The notes beneath the pieces were generated by a model, which saw nothing but the letters and a program-made list of their open reading frames with translations, made no database searches and was not told the origin of the DNA. From a virus (lineage: Duplodnaviria > Caudoviricetes): a DNA stretch of 64,000 nt. Below, one piece after another: positions 20,601-30,503 of this stretch. Where the stretch lies: positions 1 to 64,000 of the IMG/VR virus record IMGVR_UViG_2833005253_000001; one strand, 5' to 3'. Within the stretch, counting starts at the first letter, position 1. Each line of letters opens with the position of its first letter. A program made the position numbers and the translations under genes.

Positions 20601-22745
20601 AAGCATACGTATACGCTAAAAGGTGCTCCAGTTTCCTATACTGATATTACTGGGAAACAAACCCAGTACAGCATGGATGCACAGGGTCGCGTCACCCGCA
20701 TTACCGATGATAGCTTAACGGTTAACCTAACTTATGATGCATTGGGTCGATTAAATAGCCAGACAGTGCGTGATAAGGCTTCTGCGTCGTCTTTAACGAC
20801 TGCTTTCAACTATGACAGTTTTGGGCACGAAATCACCCGTACTGTGACCGACAACCGGGGTATGACGCTGAGGCTGTCACAAGCCTGGTTAAAAAACGGT
20901 CTATTGGCTTCCCGCACGACACAGAAAAATGGCCTCACCTGCCGTGAAGAGCAGTATGGTTATGACAACCGTAACCGACTGATTCGCTACACAGCCTCTG
21001 GAGACAGCCTACCGGTGGATGCGTATGGTCATCGCATGAGCGCGCAAACGTACCGCTATGATGCCCTCAATAACTTGACTTCCGTCAAGACCACTTTGGT
21101 TGACCGCAGCACCAACACGGCGACCTATAGTTATCAGAACGCGAGCGACCCGACCCAACTGACAACGCTAACTAATACGCACGATAACTATCCGAAGACC
21201 ATCAACTTAAACTATGACGCTGAAGGCCGGATGACCCGAGATGAAGCTGGTCGAACCCTGACCTATGACGTGATGGGACGTCTAACGGGCGTAAGTGATG
21301 AGACAATCCACCGCGCAGGGACCTACAGTTACGATGCCTTGAACCGTTTGATTACGCGCCACGCGGGCAATAATGACATCAGGGAGATTTATTATCGTGG
21401 GGCTGAATTGGTCAATGAAGTTAACACGTCAGCAAACAAAGCAACCCGGTTGGTTAAAACCGGGCATACCTGTTTGGGCGTGAGTGACGATAAGGGATTG
21501 ACGCTAACGGCGGGAGACAAAAACGACAGCTTGCTGTGGTCTGAAGAGGCGGGGACCTCTGCCGAAGGTGAGCTCCACGTCTGGTCACCTTACGGCAGTG
21601 GTAAAACGAGCGATAGGCTCCCGGGCTTTAACGGTGAACGGGTTGACCCTGTCAGTGGGACCTACCACCTCGGCAATGGTTACCGAGCCTACAATCCGGT
21701 CTTAATGCGTTTTAACTGTCCAGATAGCTTAAGTCCCTTTGGGGCTGGCGGCATTAATCCTTATGCTTATTGTGCTGGTGACCCTATCAATCATACGGAT
21801 CCGTCCGGCCATATCAGTGGGTGGGCGATTGCTGGGATTGTCATGGGCACCATAGGACTTGGCTTGGCGGTGTTCACGGCAGGGGCATCAATCGCGGCCG
21901 CAGGCGGGGTAATGGCCGCACTGAGTTCAGCATCAGCTTCATCATTAATTATCGGTGGGCTGGGTGTGGCCGCGGATATCACAGCGATAGCGAGTGGCGC
22001 GCTGGAAGATACGAATCCGGAGGCTTCATCAACATTGGGCTGGGTATCATTGGCCACCGGGTTGCCAGGGATGGTGGTAGGTATTACAGGTATTTGTCGA
22101 TGGGGGGCTAAAAAATTTCTTGGAAACATGAGAAATGTTGAACATGCTACTGTCCACACTGGTGTTCATCTTGACGATCCCTCTAATGTTATAGTGAAAA
22201 GTATGGCGAAATGCGGAATCGAAGACACCCAGTGGAGAGTGTATGCAGTTGGTGAGGTAAAATGGGATCGTAGTGGGGCGCTTAAGCTGGGTGCGGATAC
22301 AAAAATAAACTGTGGTAGTATCCGTGCTCCCCTTGAATTTATAGCAAAAAATGAATATGGTCCTAAACTCCCCATTTATATTATGACTGGTGGGCACGGT
22401 GCTAAAAGAGGTAATAACTACTCTATGGCCTCAAAATTTTGGAACAAGTTGAAAAGCCAAATGATTAAGCTTAATTTGGTCAGAGATCCAGAGTTGAAAG
22501 AATTAGCTTTTTTAAAGCAGGATACACGCGCGTACGTTAAGAATATAGGACGCGACAGTAACCCCCTCCTTGCAGGATTAGCTGGTAGAGTTCATCCACT
22601 AGATACTCATCTCTACTCCCCAAAAGCTATAGCAAAAATGCTTAGTCAAGATAAAGCACATGTTATTAACGGATTTTGTTTCGGCTCAAGTGACGAAATA
22701 TACCGTTCTGTCTTCGATGTGATAAAACCTATATCTTATTTGTGA
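17694..22745 (+). CDS. YD-repeat / Rhs toxin (APSE-3 Ydp type)
   Basis: Many YDxxGR repeats; Rhs core GFNGERVD..YHLGNGYRAYNP..PYAYCAGDPINHTDPSGH; hydrophobic segment followed by a divergent C-terminal domain. Confidence 0.95.
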   Translation: MNSSSHYTSAGNFISAVQGSVDPRTGLFNLQLPLANIHANGLTGPSLSLALMYSPLSTANPTGFGIGFRLNLSQYDKNTGQLLLSTGEEYRVDSNGRVKQQKLKTFVFKKADKNTYQVIHKSGLIERLSLRSGEIYVPTQIASAEGRTLHLSWDSQFSPARLTQVTDDDGHILCAVAYPDKNSGFTRFTHLPDSVDLSYKIIFEFINDRLKSVTSDAVDPALVWSFDYDDVGSQARYRAITAVHSPTGLTETVSYHTQTADSMAFPEIANLPPLPCVHRHTVIPGGEQPPSVTNWTYTQKNYLGKDAGFNLWQPDKDQMLNFFLPDYQYGSTEQRLDADGHILCQVTRRYNAYHLLASEKTVREGKTHLSETEYYAKAGVKFDDQPTQYALPKMQKETWSEPGEKGGTAARTVVTHYAFDEFGNPVSQKAPDGTLSEYTYYSAEGEGSNCPADPYGFTRYVKSQSLTPLQKSGREPKNMTRYTWQPLAALETIAGNGYAVVQKTVEQTTGNKRSLTENTYYADKHSRPLYGRLHRQTITLTPNILQEKTFTYSQLFTYTMTEQAVTEHHAFTGHDGLTAKNTTVRHISTGNVLSETSAQGIETRYAYDKLGRIIRRTLCPDSVYTNTSTWEYGIHPAGPYSIETDARGNKHKTTFDGAGRELHQDTFDTETARWYATFSCQHNQLGEVSSGTVKDWLTGSQTAYPLTSEITYGGWGEKKAVSFSDGRKSLQQTDPIALTQTVYSQGGNGNTALTSASVTTTLDKISQLPLNKIVKDLTGAKYSESTYQWDGLGQLLEEQDELGQITQRTYDEYGRVLTQALPDGTVVGRTYAPHLTGNAVASISVTGPDANGASKTWELGTQTFDSLGRVTERVSGGRTTAYRYQGVSPTPSTITLPSGKTVEYTYIPELGNVVSRMKADGISQTFNYDKQTGKLLNAQEDSAKLENTWSKAGQLKEEGFLHNAQNRKAKHTYTLKGAPVSYTDITGKQTQYSMDAQGRVTRITDDSLTVNLTYDALGRLNSQTVRDKASASSLTTAFNYDSFGHEITRTVTDNRGMTLRLSQAWLKNGLLASRTTQKNGLTCREEQYGYDNRNRLIRYTASGDSLPVDAYGHRMSAQTYRYDALNNLTSVKTTLVDRSTNTATYSYQNASDPTQLTTLTNTHDNYPKTINLNYDAEGRMTRDEAGRTLTYDVMGRLTGVSDETIHRAGTYSYDALNRLITRHAGNNDIREIYYRGAELVNEVNTSANKATRLVKTGHTCLGVSDDKGLTLTAGDKNDSLLWSEEAGTSAEGELHVWSPYGSGKTSDRLPGFNGERVDPVSGTYHLGNGYRAYNPVLMRFNCPDSLSPFGAGGINPYAYCAGDPINHTDPSGHISGWAIAGIVMGTIGLGLAVFTAGASIAAAGGVMAALSSASASSLIIGGLGVAADITAIASGALEDTNPEASSTLGWVSLATGLPGMVVGITGICRWGAKKFLGNMRNVEHATVHTGVHLDDPSNVIVKSMAKCGIEDTQWRVYAVGEVKWDRSGALKLGADTKINCGSIRAPLEFIAKNEYGPKLPIYIMTGGHGAKRGNNYSMASKFWNKLKSQMIKLNLVRDPELKELAFLKQDTRAYVKNIGRDSNPLLAGLAGRVHPLDTHLYSPKAIAKMLSQDKAHVINGFCFGSSDEIYRSVFDVIKPISYL

Positions 22746-22766
22746 ACGTAGTATGGGGATTGTCAA

Positions 22767-22958
22767 ATGACTGTATCAGGTACTACTAGTGCCTCCTCTT
22801 ACTGCTGGAGCTTTTCTACCTGCATGTTGGGCCTATTTTCGCTCAGTGACTGGGCGCTGATTACCGGTATCATTTGCACCTTATTGACCTGTGTGTTGAA
22901 CTGGTACTACCGGTATAAGGAATACCGTTTTCGGGTGAAAAAAGATAATGAGTCCTGA
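22767..22958 (+). CDS. Class II holin
   Basis: 63 aa, two hydrophobic segments, basic tail NWYYRYKEYR; overlaps the lysozyme gene. Confidence 0.85.
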   Translation: MTVSGTTSASSYCWSFSTCMLGLFSLSDWALITGIICTLLTCVLNWYYRYKEYRFRVKKDNES

Positions 22959-23421
22959 CCTTAAACGACGACTGCTGACGGCAATGACAGGCGGCGCTGT
23001 TGCTATTGCGGCGGTATTAGTCCAGTGGCATGAAGGAATAAGGCATAAAACCTATAAAGACGGTGGCGACGTGCTAACGGTGTGTTACGGGCATACAGGT
23101 AATGATGTTATTCCGGCTAAACACTACACAGACGAGGAATGTCTAGCTTTGCTGGAGAAGGACCTGAAGGCGGCGATGGCGGTAGTTGAGACTCAGGTTA
23201 CTGTGCCGCTGACTGAAATGCGAAAAGCCGCTTTGGCCTCATTCGTTTATAACGTAGGAAGTGGGGCTTTTGCGCGTTCAACGTTACTGAAAAAACTGAA
23301 TGCCGGTGATATGGCCGGTGCTTGTAATGAAATGCGGCGCTGGAAATATGATGAAGGTAAAGTCTCTAAAGGACTGATTACTCGTCGAGCTGTAGAGCGT
23401 GAGCTTTGTCTACCGGATTAA
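22948..23421 (+). CDS. SAR endolysin, GH24 lysozyme (phage 21 R-like)
   Basis: N-terminal SAR helix AMTGGAVAIAAVLV; E-x8-D-x5-T triad; FVYNVG. Confidence 0.93.
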   Translation: MSPDLKRRLLTAMTGGAVAIAAVLVQWHEGIRHKTYKDGGDVLTVCYGHTGNDVIPAKHYTDEECLALLEKDLKAAMAVVETQVTVPLTEMRKAALASFVYNVGSGAFARSTLLKKLNAGDMAGACNEMRRWKYDEGKVSKGLITRRAVERELCLPD

Positions 23422-23812
23422 CGTTATGCATTGGAAACTCCTTCTCACGGCTGGATTACTTGCCACAATCACCGCACTTTCCATCGTAGTCAGGTTTCAA
23501 TATGTTGAGAACGTCCGCCTAAAACTGGCGAACCAGTCACTGAGTGCCGAACGCGACGCTGCCCGTGCTCAGTTTACCCACTATGCGCAGGCGATTGATA
23601 TTTTTAACACCATAGCGGGAGCCACCCAGGATGCACACCAACAGGCCATACAGGTATCCCAGCCTCAAACGATTAAGATACAGGAAGCGATTACCCCTGA
23701 ACGCTGCGCTCATCTGCCTGTGCCTACTGCCGCTGTTAACCGGTTGCGGGCGCACGCCGATAAAATATATCCCCGTGCCGCCCGCGCCCATTCCAGCAAC
23801 GTTACTCGATGA
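23399..23812 (+). CDS. Rz-like inner-membrane spanin
   Basis: N-terminal TM helix followed by coiled coil; follows the endolysin. Confidence 0.8.
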   Translation: MSFVYRINVMHWKLLLTAGLLATITALSIVVRFQYVENVRLKLANQSLSAERDAARAQFTHYAQAIDIFNTIAGATQDAHQQAIQVSQPQTIKIQEAITPERCAHLPVPTAAVNRLRAHADKIYPRAARAHSSNVTR

Positions 23813-23960
23813 TTGCGCCCTGCCGGTGATATCGGAACACATGACCTGGGGCGATAGCCTGATACTCAATGAGCAACTGCTGCTGGCTCTCGAGATGTGT
23901 AACCAGGATAAAGCGGCGATAAGGCAAATTGAAGAACAGAAAAATGATAGTCGAAAATGA
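23631..23960 (+). CDS. Rz1-like outer-membrane lipoprotein spanin (overlapping frame)
   Basis: Lipobox LLTGC, Pro-rich mature part, CNQDKAAIR. Confidence 0.8.
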   Translation: MHTNRPYRYPSLKRLRYRKRLPLNAALICLCLLPLLTGCGRTPIKYIPVPPAPIPATLLDDCALPVISEHMTWGDSLILNEQLLLALEMCNQDKAAIRQIEEQKNDSRK

Positions 23961-24033
23961 AAAGCAGACTGAATCTCTACAGAAACACATCAAAACACGG
24001 CGTTACGCCTTTTTCAGTCAATCTGGCGAGTAA

Positions 24034-24447
24034 ATGATGGTCAGTAAGAAGAAAATGGGACGTCCAAGCAAGTTAACCGTAAGCCTCGAAAAGGCCAAAG
24101 CCTATTTAATGGGGGAATACAAAACCGTGGGCGATGTGGTTCCAAGTGTAGCGGGATTGGCCTGTTATTTAGGGATTAGCCGGTCTACCGCACAGGAATA
24201 TGCCAAAGAAAATCAAGAATTTTCAGGCACGTTAGCCGCCATCAAAACCATCCAGGAAAATAGTCTGATAAATAAAGGGCTTACGGGTGAATTTAACCCA
24301 ACGATTGTTAAGTTAATGTTATGTAATCACGGTTATGCCGAAAAACAAGAAACCGCCCTTACGGGCAAAGCGGGCGGCGCGATAAAAACGGACAACAAAA
24401 TCAGTATTGAATTTATCGGCATACCTCAGCGTGAAAGTGCAAATTAG
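24034..24447 (+). CDS. terS: Terminase small subunit (Sf6 gp1-like)
   Basis: MGRPSKL, PSVAGLACYLG, LTGKAGGAIK; directly upstream of terL. Confidence 0.85.
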   Translation: MMVSKKKMGRPSKLTVSLEKAKAYLMGEYKTVGDVVPSVAGLACYLGISRSTAQEYAKENQEFSGTLAAIKTIQENSLINKGLTGEFNPTIVKLMLCNHGYAEKQETALTGKAGGAIKTDNKISIEFIGIPQRESAN

Positions 24448-25873
24448 CGAAAAGTTCGCCCCCATGTTCAAACCGAAACGCATAAAGGTTTACTTTGGCG
24501 GGCGGGGTGGTATGAAAACCGTTTCATTTGCGAAAATAGCCTTAATCACGGCCTCCATGCATAAACGCCGGTTTTTGTGCTTGCGGGAATTTATGAATTC
24601 GATTGAAGATTCTGTCCATGCGGTATTGCAGGCCGAGGTAGAAACGTTGGGATTACAAAATCGGTTTCGTATTCTTAATACTTACATTGAAGGCATCAAT
24701 GATTCCATTTTCAAATATGGCCAGCTAGCGCGTAATATCGCTTCTATCAAATCCAAACATGATTTTGATGTTGCTTGGGTGGAGGAAGCGGAGACCGTAT
24801 CTGAGAAAAGTCTGGATACCCTTATCCCCACCATTCGCAAGCCGGGCTCTGAGTTATGGTTTTCTTTTAATCCAGCAGAAGAAGACGGTGCTGTATATAA
24901 GCGTTTTGTCAAGCCCTACAAAGCGATAATCGATAAGCAAGGTTACTATGAAGACGATGATTTATATGTTGGTAAAGTGAGCTACCTGGATAATCCCTGG
25001 TTACCGGCAGAGCTTAAAAATGATGCGCAGAAGATGAAACGGGAAAACTATAAAAAATGGCGGCATGTTTACGGGGGCGAGTGTGATGCGAATTACGAGG
25101 ATGCATTAATTCAGCCTGAGTGGGTGGAGGCGGCGATTGATGCACATATCAAGTTAGGGTTTAAACCAAGCGGAATTCGTGTTGTCACTTTCGACCCCGC
25201 TGATTCCGGTCAGGATGAAAAGGCATTATCCAAACGCTATGGCGTGCTGATTGAAGATTGCGTGAGCTGGTCAGAAGGTGATGTTGCTGATGCAACGATG
25301 ACGGCTTTCGATGAAGCGTTTGACTATCGGGCGGATGATTTTATCTATGACAATATCGGGTTAGGGGCAGGCACTGTAAAAACGCATCTAAGACACAGCA
25401 ATGACGGTAACAAGATGGTGGTGACGGGCTTTGGGGCGGGCGATTCGCCTGATTATCCTGATGAAATCTATGTACCCGGCAATGGTGAGTACCTGCCTTC
25501 TTCAAATAATGATGACAGAACTCACCGTGATACCTTTAGAAACAAACGCGCGCAATATTGGGTTTATTTAGCGGACCGATTTTATAAAACGTGGCGCGCC
25601 GTCGAAAAGGGCGAATATCTCGATCCGGAGGCGTTGATCAGTCTCTCTTCGAAAATAGCGAAACTGTCACAACTCAAGTCAGAGCTGATTAAACAACAAC
25701 GAAAACGCACACCCGGAAACCGATTAATTCAGTTGATGAGCAAAGATGAAATGCGATTAAAAGGAATAAAATCGCCCAATATGGCAGATACGCTGATGAT
25801 GTCCTTTGCTAATCCTCTGCGCATAACAGAAGACACGGAAATCGTGGTCCCCTCATCGTCAAGTTGGTCATGA
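24407..25873 (+). CDS. terL: Terminase large subunit (PBSX/Sf6 type)
   Basis: GGRGGMKT Walker A, WVEEAE Walker B, SFNP, FDPAD nuclease, SPNMAD. Confidence 0.93.
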   Translation: MNLSAYLSVKVQISEKFAPMFKPKRIKVYFGGRGGMKTVSFAKIALITASMHKRRFLCLREFMNSIEDSVHAVLQAEVETLGLQNRFRILNTYIEGINDSIFKYGQLARNIASIKSKHDFDVAWVEEAETVSEKSLDTLIPTIRKPGSELWFSFNPAEEDGAVYKRFVKPYKAIIDKQGYYEDDDLYVGKVSYLDNPWLPAELKNDAQKMKRENYKKWRHVYGGECDANYEDALIQPEWVEAAIDAHIKLGFKPSGIRVVTFDPADSGQDEKALSKRYGVLIEDCVSWSEGDVADATMTAFDEAFDYRADDFIYDNIGLGAGTVKTHLRHSNDGNKMVVTGFGAGDSPDYPDEIYVPGNGEYLPSSNNDDRTHRDTFRNKRAQYWVYLADRFYKTWRAVEKGEYLDPEALISLSSKIAKLSQLKSELIKQQRKRTPGNRLIQLMSKDEMRLKGIKSPNMADTLMMSFANPLRITEDTEIVVPSSSSWS

Positions 25874-28035
25874 TGGCTGAAACATTACAAAAAAGACATG
25901 AACAAATTATGCGCAAGTTTGACCGAGCGCACTCCCCGCAGGAAGCGGTGAGAGAAAAATGTCTCGAGGCGACAAGATTTGCGCGCGTCCCGGGTGGGCA
26001 ATGGGAAGGGGCAACGGCCGCGGGCTCTGAATTAGGCAAACATTTTGAGAAGTATCCAAAGTTTGAAATTAATAAAATATCGACCGAGCTTAATCGGATA
26101 ATCAGCGAATATCGCAACAATCGGATTACGGTTAAGTTTAGGCCCGGCGATAAGGCCGCCAGCGAAGCGTTAGCCAATAAATTAAATGGCCTGTTCCGCG
26201 CAGACTACGAAGAAACGGATGGCGGCGAAGCGTGCGATAACGCTTTTGATGACGGCTCAACCGGGGGGTTTGGTTGCTTTAGGCTGACGACAAATTTAGT
26301 CAATGCGCTTGATCCGATGGATGAGAGACAACGTATTTGCCTCGAGCCAATATACGACCCCGCCCGCTCTGTTTGGTTCGATCCTGATGCGAAGAAATAT
26401 GATAAATCTGACGCAGAATGGGCTTTTTGCATGTACTCACTCTCTACTGAAAAGTATAAGGCGGAATACAACAAAGACCCGGCAACGTTAATGAGCGGCA
26501 TTGAACGATCATGGGATTATGATTGGTACGATGTTGATGTGGTTTATATCGCAAAATACTACGAAGTAAAAAAAGAGTCGGTGGATGTGGTGAGTTTTCA
26601 AAACCCATTGACAAGTGAAACCGTCACCTATGACAGTGATCAGCTTGAACTCGTTGAGGATGAGCTGGCAGACATCGGGTTCATTGAGGCGGCACGGCGA
26701 ACCATTAAGCGCCGGCGGGTTTATGTCTCCGTGGTGGATGGTGAGGGCTTCCTTGAGAAAGCGCAACGAATACCCGGTGAGCATATCCCGTTAATTCCGG
26801 TATATGGTAAGCGGTGGTTTATCGATGATATTGAGCGAGTCGAAGGTCACATAGCAAAAGCCATGGATGCCCAACGTCTGTATAACTTACAGGTGTCGAT
26901 GCTGGCAGATTCGGCCACACAGGATACGGGTTCAATTCCGATTGTCGGTAAGAGTCAGATAAAAACCCTGGAGAAATATTGGGCGAATCGAAATAAAAAT
27001 AGGCCGGCTTTCTTGCCACTCAATGAGATTGTTGACAAGCAAGGTAATATTATTGCGCCCCCGACGCCAGTCGGATACACGCAACCCCAGCCACTGAATC
27101 AGGCGATGGCGGCGTTATTAAAGCAAACGGGGGCGGATATTCAAGAAGTCACCGGTTCAAGCCAGGCGATGCAGCCAATGCCCAGCAATATAGCCAAAGA
27201 AACGGTTAATCATCTGATGCATCGTTCCGATATGTCCTCGTTTATTTATCTTGACAATATGGCGAAGAGCCTTAAGCGCGCGGGTGAAGTTTGGTTATCG
27301 ATGGCCCGTGAAGTCTACGGCTCGGATAGACAGGTTCGTATTGTTAATGCGGACGGCACTGACGATATCGCCTTAATGTCGGTGGTCATCAATGATAATC
27401 AGACCGGGCAAGTCGTCGCGATGAATGACTTATCCAGTGGGCGTTATGATGTCACGGTCGATGTGGGGCCGTCTTATACCGCAAGACGGGATGCGACGGT
27501 TTCAGTGCTGACCAATCTGTTGGCGGGCATGTTACCGCAAGACCCAATGCGACAGGTTTTACAAGGTATCATTCTGGATAATATGGAGGGTGAAGGACTC
27601 GACGAGTTTAAGGAATATAACCGTAAACAGTTATTAACGCAGGGCGTCGTTAAACCGCGCAATACAGAAGAAGAGCAGATGGTTGCGCAGATGATACAGC
27701 AAGCACAACAACCTAATGCTGAACTTGTCGCCGCTCAAGGGGTATTGATGCAAGGGCAAGCGGAGGTTCAGAAAGCGAAGAACGAAGAACTGGCTATCCA
27801 GGTGAAAGCCTTCCAGGCACAAACGGAGGCGAGAGTAGCAGAAGCGAAAATGGTTCAAATTCTCGCCTCTGCTGATAGTGCTAAAAGAGCAGAAATTAGG
27901 GAAGCCCTTAAAATGCTTCACCAGTTCCAAAAAGAACAGGGTGATGCTTCTAGAGCGGATGCCGAGTTAATTCTAAAAGCAACCGATACGCAGCATAAAC
28001 AAAATAGGGATGCGGCTAAAAACCATTCAATCTGA
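25870..28035 (+). CDS. P22/Sf6-like portal protein
   Basis: About 720 aa after terL; ARVPGGQWEG, YDVTVDVGPSY; Gln-rich C-terminal barrel. Confidence 0.93.
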   Translation: MMAETLQKRHEQIMRKFDRAHSPQEAVREKCLEATRFARVPGGQWEGATAAGSELGKHFEKYPKFEINKISTELNRIISEYRNNRITVKFRPGDKAASEALANKLNGLFRADYEETDGGEACDNAFDDGSTGGFGCFRLTTNLVNALDPMDERQRICLEPIYDPARSVWFDPDAKKYDKSDAEWAFCMYSLSTEKYKAEYNKDPATLMSGIERSWDYDWYDVDVVYIAKYYEVKKESVDVVSFQNPLTSETVTYDSDQLELVEDELADIGFIEAARRTIKRRRVYVSVVDGEGFLEKAQRIPGEHIPLIPVYGKRWFIDDIERVEGHIAKAMDAQRLYNLQVSMLADSATQDTGSIPIVGKSQIKTLEKYWANRNKNRPAFLPLNEIVDKQGNIIAPPTPVGYTQPQPLNQAMAALLKQTGADIQEVTGSSQAMQPMPSNIAKETVNHLMHRSDMSSFIYLDNMAKSLKRAGEVWLSMAREVYGSDRQVRIVNADGTDDIALMSVVINDNQTGQVVAMNDLSSGRYDVTVDVGPSYTARRDATVSVLTNLLAGMLPQDPMRQVLQGIILDNMEGEGLDEFKEYNRKQLLTQGVVKPRNTEEEQMVAQMIQQAQQPNAELVAAQGVLMQGQAEVQKAKNEELAIQVKAFQAQTEARVAEAKMVQILASADSAKRAEIREALKMLHQFQKEQGDASRADAELILKATDTQHKQNRDAAKNHSI

Positions 28036-28085
28036 ACATAACCTACAGTTACCTGCGGACTTCTCGCAGAGTTAAGGAGTCATAA

Positions 28086-28982
28086 ATGGAAAACGAACTG
28101 ATCATCGATGGTCAGGCGATACCGGTATCCAAAAATCAGGAAACACCCCCGCAAAATACCGCTGAGCAGCCAGCGCAAGAGCGTGAGAATAATGCTGCTC
28201 AAGTGCAAAAAGTTGATACTGATAATATTGAAATAAAATCCGATCAGGAAGTCGAGCAGGATCAAGACTATTCATTGCAAATTGGCGATGAAGAAATATC
28301 GCTAAGCGAAGAAGATGACTCAATAGAAGGTAAACCTGCGCCTAAGTGGGTTAAAGATCTGAGAAAAGGTTTTAAAGAAACACAGAAAGAAAATCGCGAT
28401 CTGAAACGTCAGCTTGAGGAATTAACCACCAAGCAGTCTCATCAATCGCAGGTTAATCATAATAACGTTATTCCCGATAAACCCACCTTGGGATCGTGTG
28501 ATTATGATGAAGAAGTCTATGAAAAAGCACTTACCGATTGGCATGAGAACAAAAGCCATGTCGAACAAAAGCAACAAGCACAGCAAAGGCAGCAACAAGA
28601 AGTTCAGGAACGATTTATTCAACGTTTAAAGTCTCATCAACAACGCGCGGCTAAATTACCCGTTAAAGATTATACGGAGATGGAAGAGGTTGTGCGATCA
28701 GAGGTACCCATATTACAGCAGGAAATTTTAATTCATGCGGCTGATGAGGGAACAGAACTTATCGCCTATGCACTTGGAAAAAACAAAGCATTACGCCAGC
28801 GGCTGACCGCTGAACATGATCCTATTCGTGCCGCGTTTCTGTTAGGCCAAATTAGCCAGAAGGTAAAACTGGCCCCCAAACCTAAGAAAACCCCTAAACC
28901 AGAGCCTGAGCTAAAAGGGGGTGCTGGAAACGTGAAATCCGATGAGTTTACCCAATTGTGCCCCGGCGCAATGATTGAATAA
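28086..28982 (+). CDS. Scaffolding protein
   Basis: Acidic coiled-coil protein between portal and coat; APKWVKDLRK. Confidence 0.88.
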   Translation: MENELIIDGQAIPVSKNQETPPQNTAEQPAQERENNAAQVQKVDTDNIEIKSDQEVEQDQDYSLQIGDEEISLSEEDDSIEGKPAPKWVKDLRKGFKETQKENRDLKRQLEELTTKQSHQSQVNHNNVIPDKPTLGSCDYDEEVYEKALTDWHENKSHVEQKQQAQQRQQQEVQERFIQRLKSHQQRAAKLPVKDYTEMEEVVRSEVPILQQEILIHAADEGTELIAYALGKNKALRQRLTAEHDPIRAAFLLGQISQKVKLAPKPKKTPKPEPELKGGAGNVKSDEFTQLCPGAMIE

Positions 28983-28992
28983 GAGTAAAAAA

Positions 28993-30264
28993 ATGGCAAA
29001 TAATCTAGAGTCAAATATTAGTCAAATCGTGTTAAAAAAATTCTTACCCGGTTTTATGTCGGATATTGTTTTGTGTAAAACCGTTGACAGACAATTATTA
29101 TCGGGTGAGATAAATTCAAATACAGGCGACAGTGTGAGCTTTAAGCGTCCGCATCAATTTAAGTCTGAAAGAACAGAGACGGGTGACATTACGGGGAAAG
29201 ATAAAAATGGTCTTTTCTCTGCTAAAGCGACAGGCAAAGTGGGTAAATATATCACGGTGGCCGTCGAATGGACACAAATTGAAGAGGCGCTAAAGCTTAA
29301 TCAGCTTGATCAAATTTTATCACCCATTCATGAACGCATGGTCACTGATTTGGAAACCGAATTAGCCCATTTTATGATGAACAATGGCGCTTTGTCGCTC
29401 GGTTCACCGAATACAGCGATAAAAAAATGGGCTGATGTAGCTCAAACCGCTTCATTTATAAAAGATATCGGTATTAAAACAGGCGAGAACTATGCCATCA
29501 TGGATCCCTGGTCAGCCCAACGGCTGGCGGATGCGCAATCAGGGTTACATGCTGCGGATCAATTAGTGCGTACAGCCTGGGAGAATGCGCAGATATCAGG
29601 TAATTTCGGGGGCATTCGTGCATTGATGTCTAATGGGTTGGCCTCGAGAGAACAAGGTGATTTTGACGGAGCCATCAAGGTTAAAACCGCCCCTAACGTT
29701 GATTATCTGTCGGTTAAGGATTCCTATCAATTTACGGTAGCATTGACCGGCGCCACCCCGAGTAAAACAGGCTTCCTAAAAGCCGGTGATCAACTTAAAT
29801 TCACGTCTACTCATTGGTTAAATCAGCAAAGCAAACAAACATTATATAATGGATCAACAGCGATGAGTTTTACGGCAACGGTGCTGGAAGAGACTAACTC
29901 TACCGCTTCGGGTGATGTCACTGTCAAATTATCTGGTGTTCCGATTTATGATGAAAAAAATTCTCAATACAATGCCGTTGATGCAAAAGTTAAGGCAGGA
30001 GATGCAGTTTCTATCATAGGAACGGCTAAACAACAGATGAAACCTAATCTTTTCTACAATAAGTTTTTCTGTGGGCTTGGGACCATCCCCTTGCCAAAAT
30101 TGCATAGCCTTGACTCCGCCGTGGCAACGTATGAAGGGTTTTCTATTCGTGTACACAAATATGCGGATGGTGACGCAAACAAGCAGATGATGCGTTTTGA
30201 CCTGTTGCCTGCTTATGTCTGCTTTAATCCGCATATGGGTGGTCAATTCTTTGGTAATCCTTAA
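28993..30264 (+). CDS. Major capsid protein (P22/Sf6 gp5)
   Basis: MANNLESNISQIVLKKFLPGFMSD, C-terminal NPHMGGQFFGNP. Confidence 0.94.
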   Translation: MANNLESNISQIVLKKFLPGFMSDIVLCKTVDRQLLSGEINSNTGDSVSFKRPHQFKSERTETGDITGKDKNGLFSAKATGKVGKYITVAVEWTQIEEALKLNQLDQILSPIHERMVTDLETELAHFMMNNGALSLGSPNTAIKKWADVAQTASFIKDIGIKTGENYAIMDPWSAQRLADAQSGLHAADQLVRTAWENAQISGNFGGIRALMSNGLASREQGDFDGAIKVKTAPNVDYLSVKDSYQFTVALTGATPSKTGFLKAGDQLKFTSTHWLNQQSKQTLYNGSTAMSFTATVLEETNSTASGDVTVKLSGVPIYDEKNSQYNAVDAKVKAGDAVSIIGTAKQQMKPNLFYNKFFCGLGTIPLPKLHSLDSAVATYEGFSIRVHKYADGDANKQMMRFDLLPAYVCFNPHMGGQFFGNP

Positions 30265-30278
30265 ATTTATGACGAAGT

Positions 30279-30299
30279 GGGCGCTTTAGTGCCCTTTTT
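30279..30299 (+). terminator. Intrinsic terminator after the coat gene
   Basis: GGGCGCT-TT-AGTGCCC followed by TTTTT. Confidence 0.65.
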
Positions 30300-30305
30300 A
30301 TCGAG

Positions 30306-30503
30306 GTGAAAATGGAAAGAAAAAGTGTTTTTGCCTGGTCGGATAATGCAGCAGGGTATGTCCAAGCGGTGATAGTGACAAGGGATTTCCCTGAGTTCGA
30401 AAAAAGGGGCTTTGTGTCGTCGATTGACGAAATAAAGACACCAGAGAAATCCCAAGAACCTAAAAAAGGGAAAAGGGCTAACGATGACAAAACCGCTGAC
30501 TAA
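30306..30503 (+). CDS. Small conserved P22-like phage protein
   Basis: 65-aa ORF between coat and gp4, with RBS GAGG. Confidence 0.7.
   Translation: MKMERKSVFAWSDNAAGYVQAVIVTRDFPEFEKRGFVSSIDEIKTPEKSQEPKKGKRANDDKTAD

Noticed and set aside
22745-22958. Immunity gene for the Rhs toxin
   Set aside because: The small downstream ORF has holin features and overlaps the endolysin.
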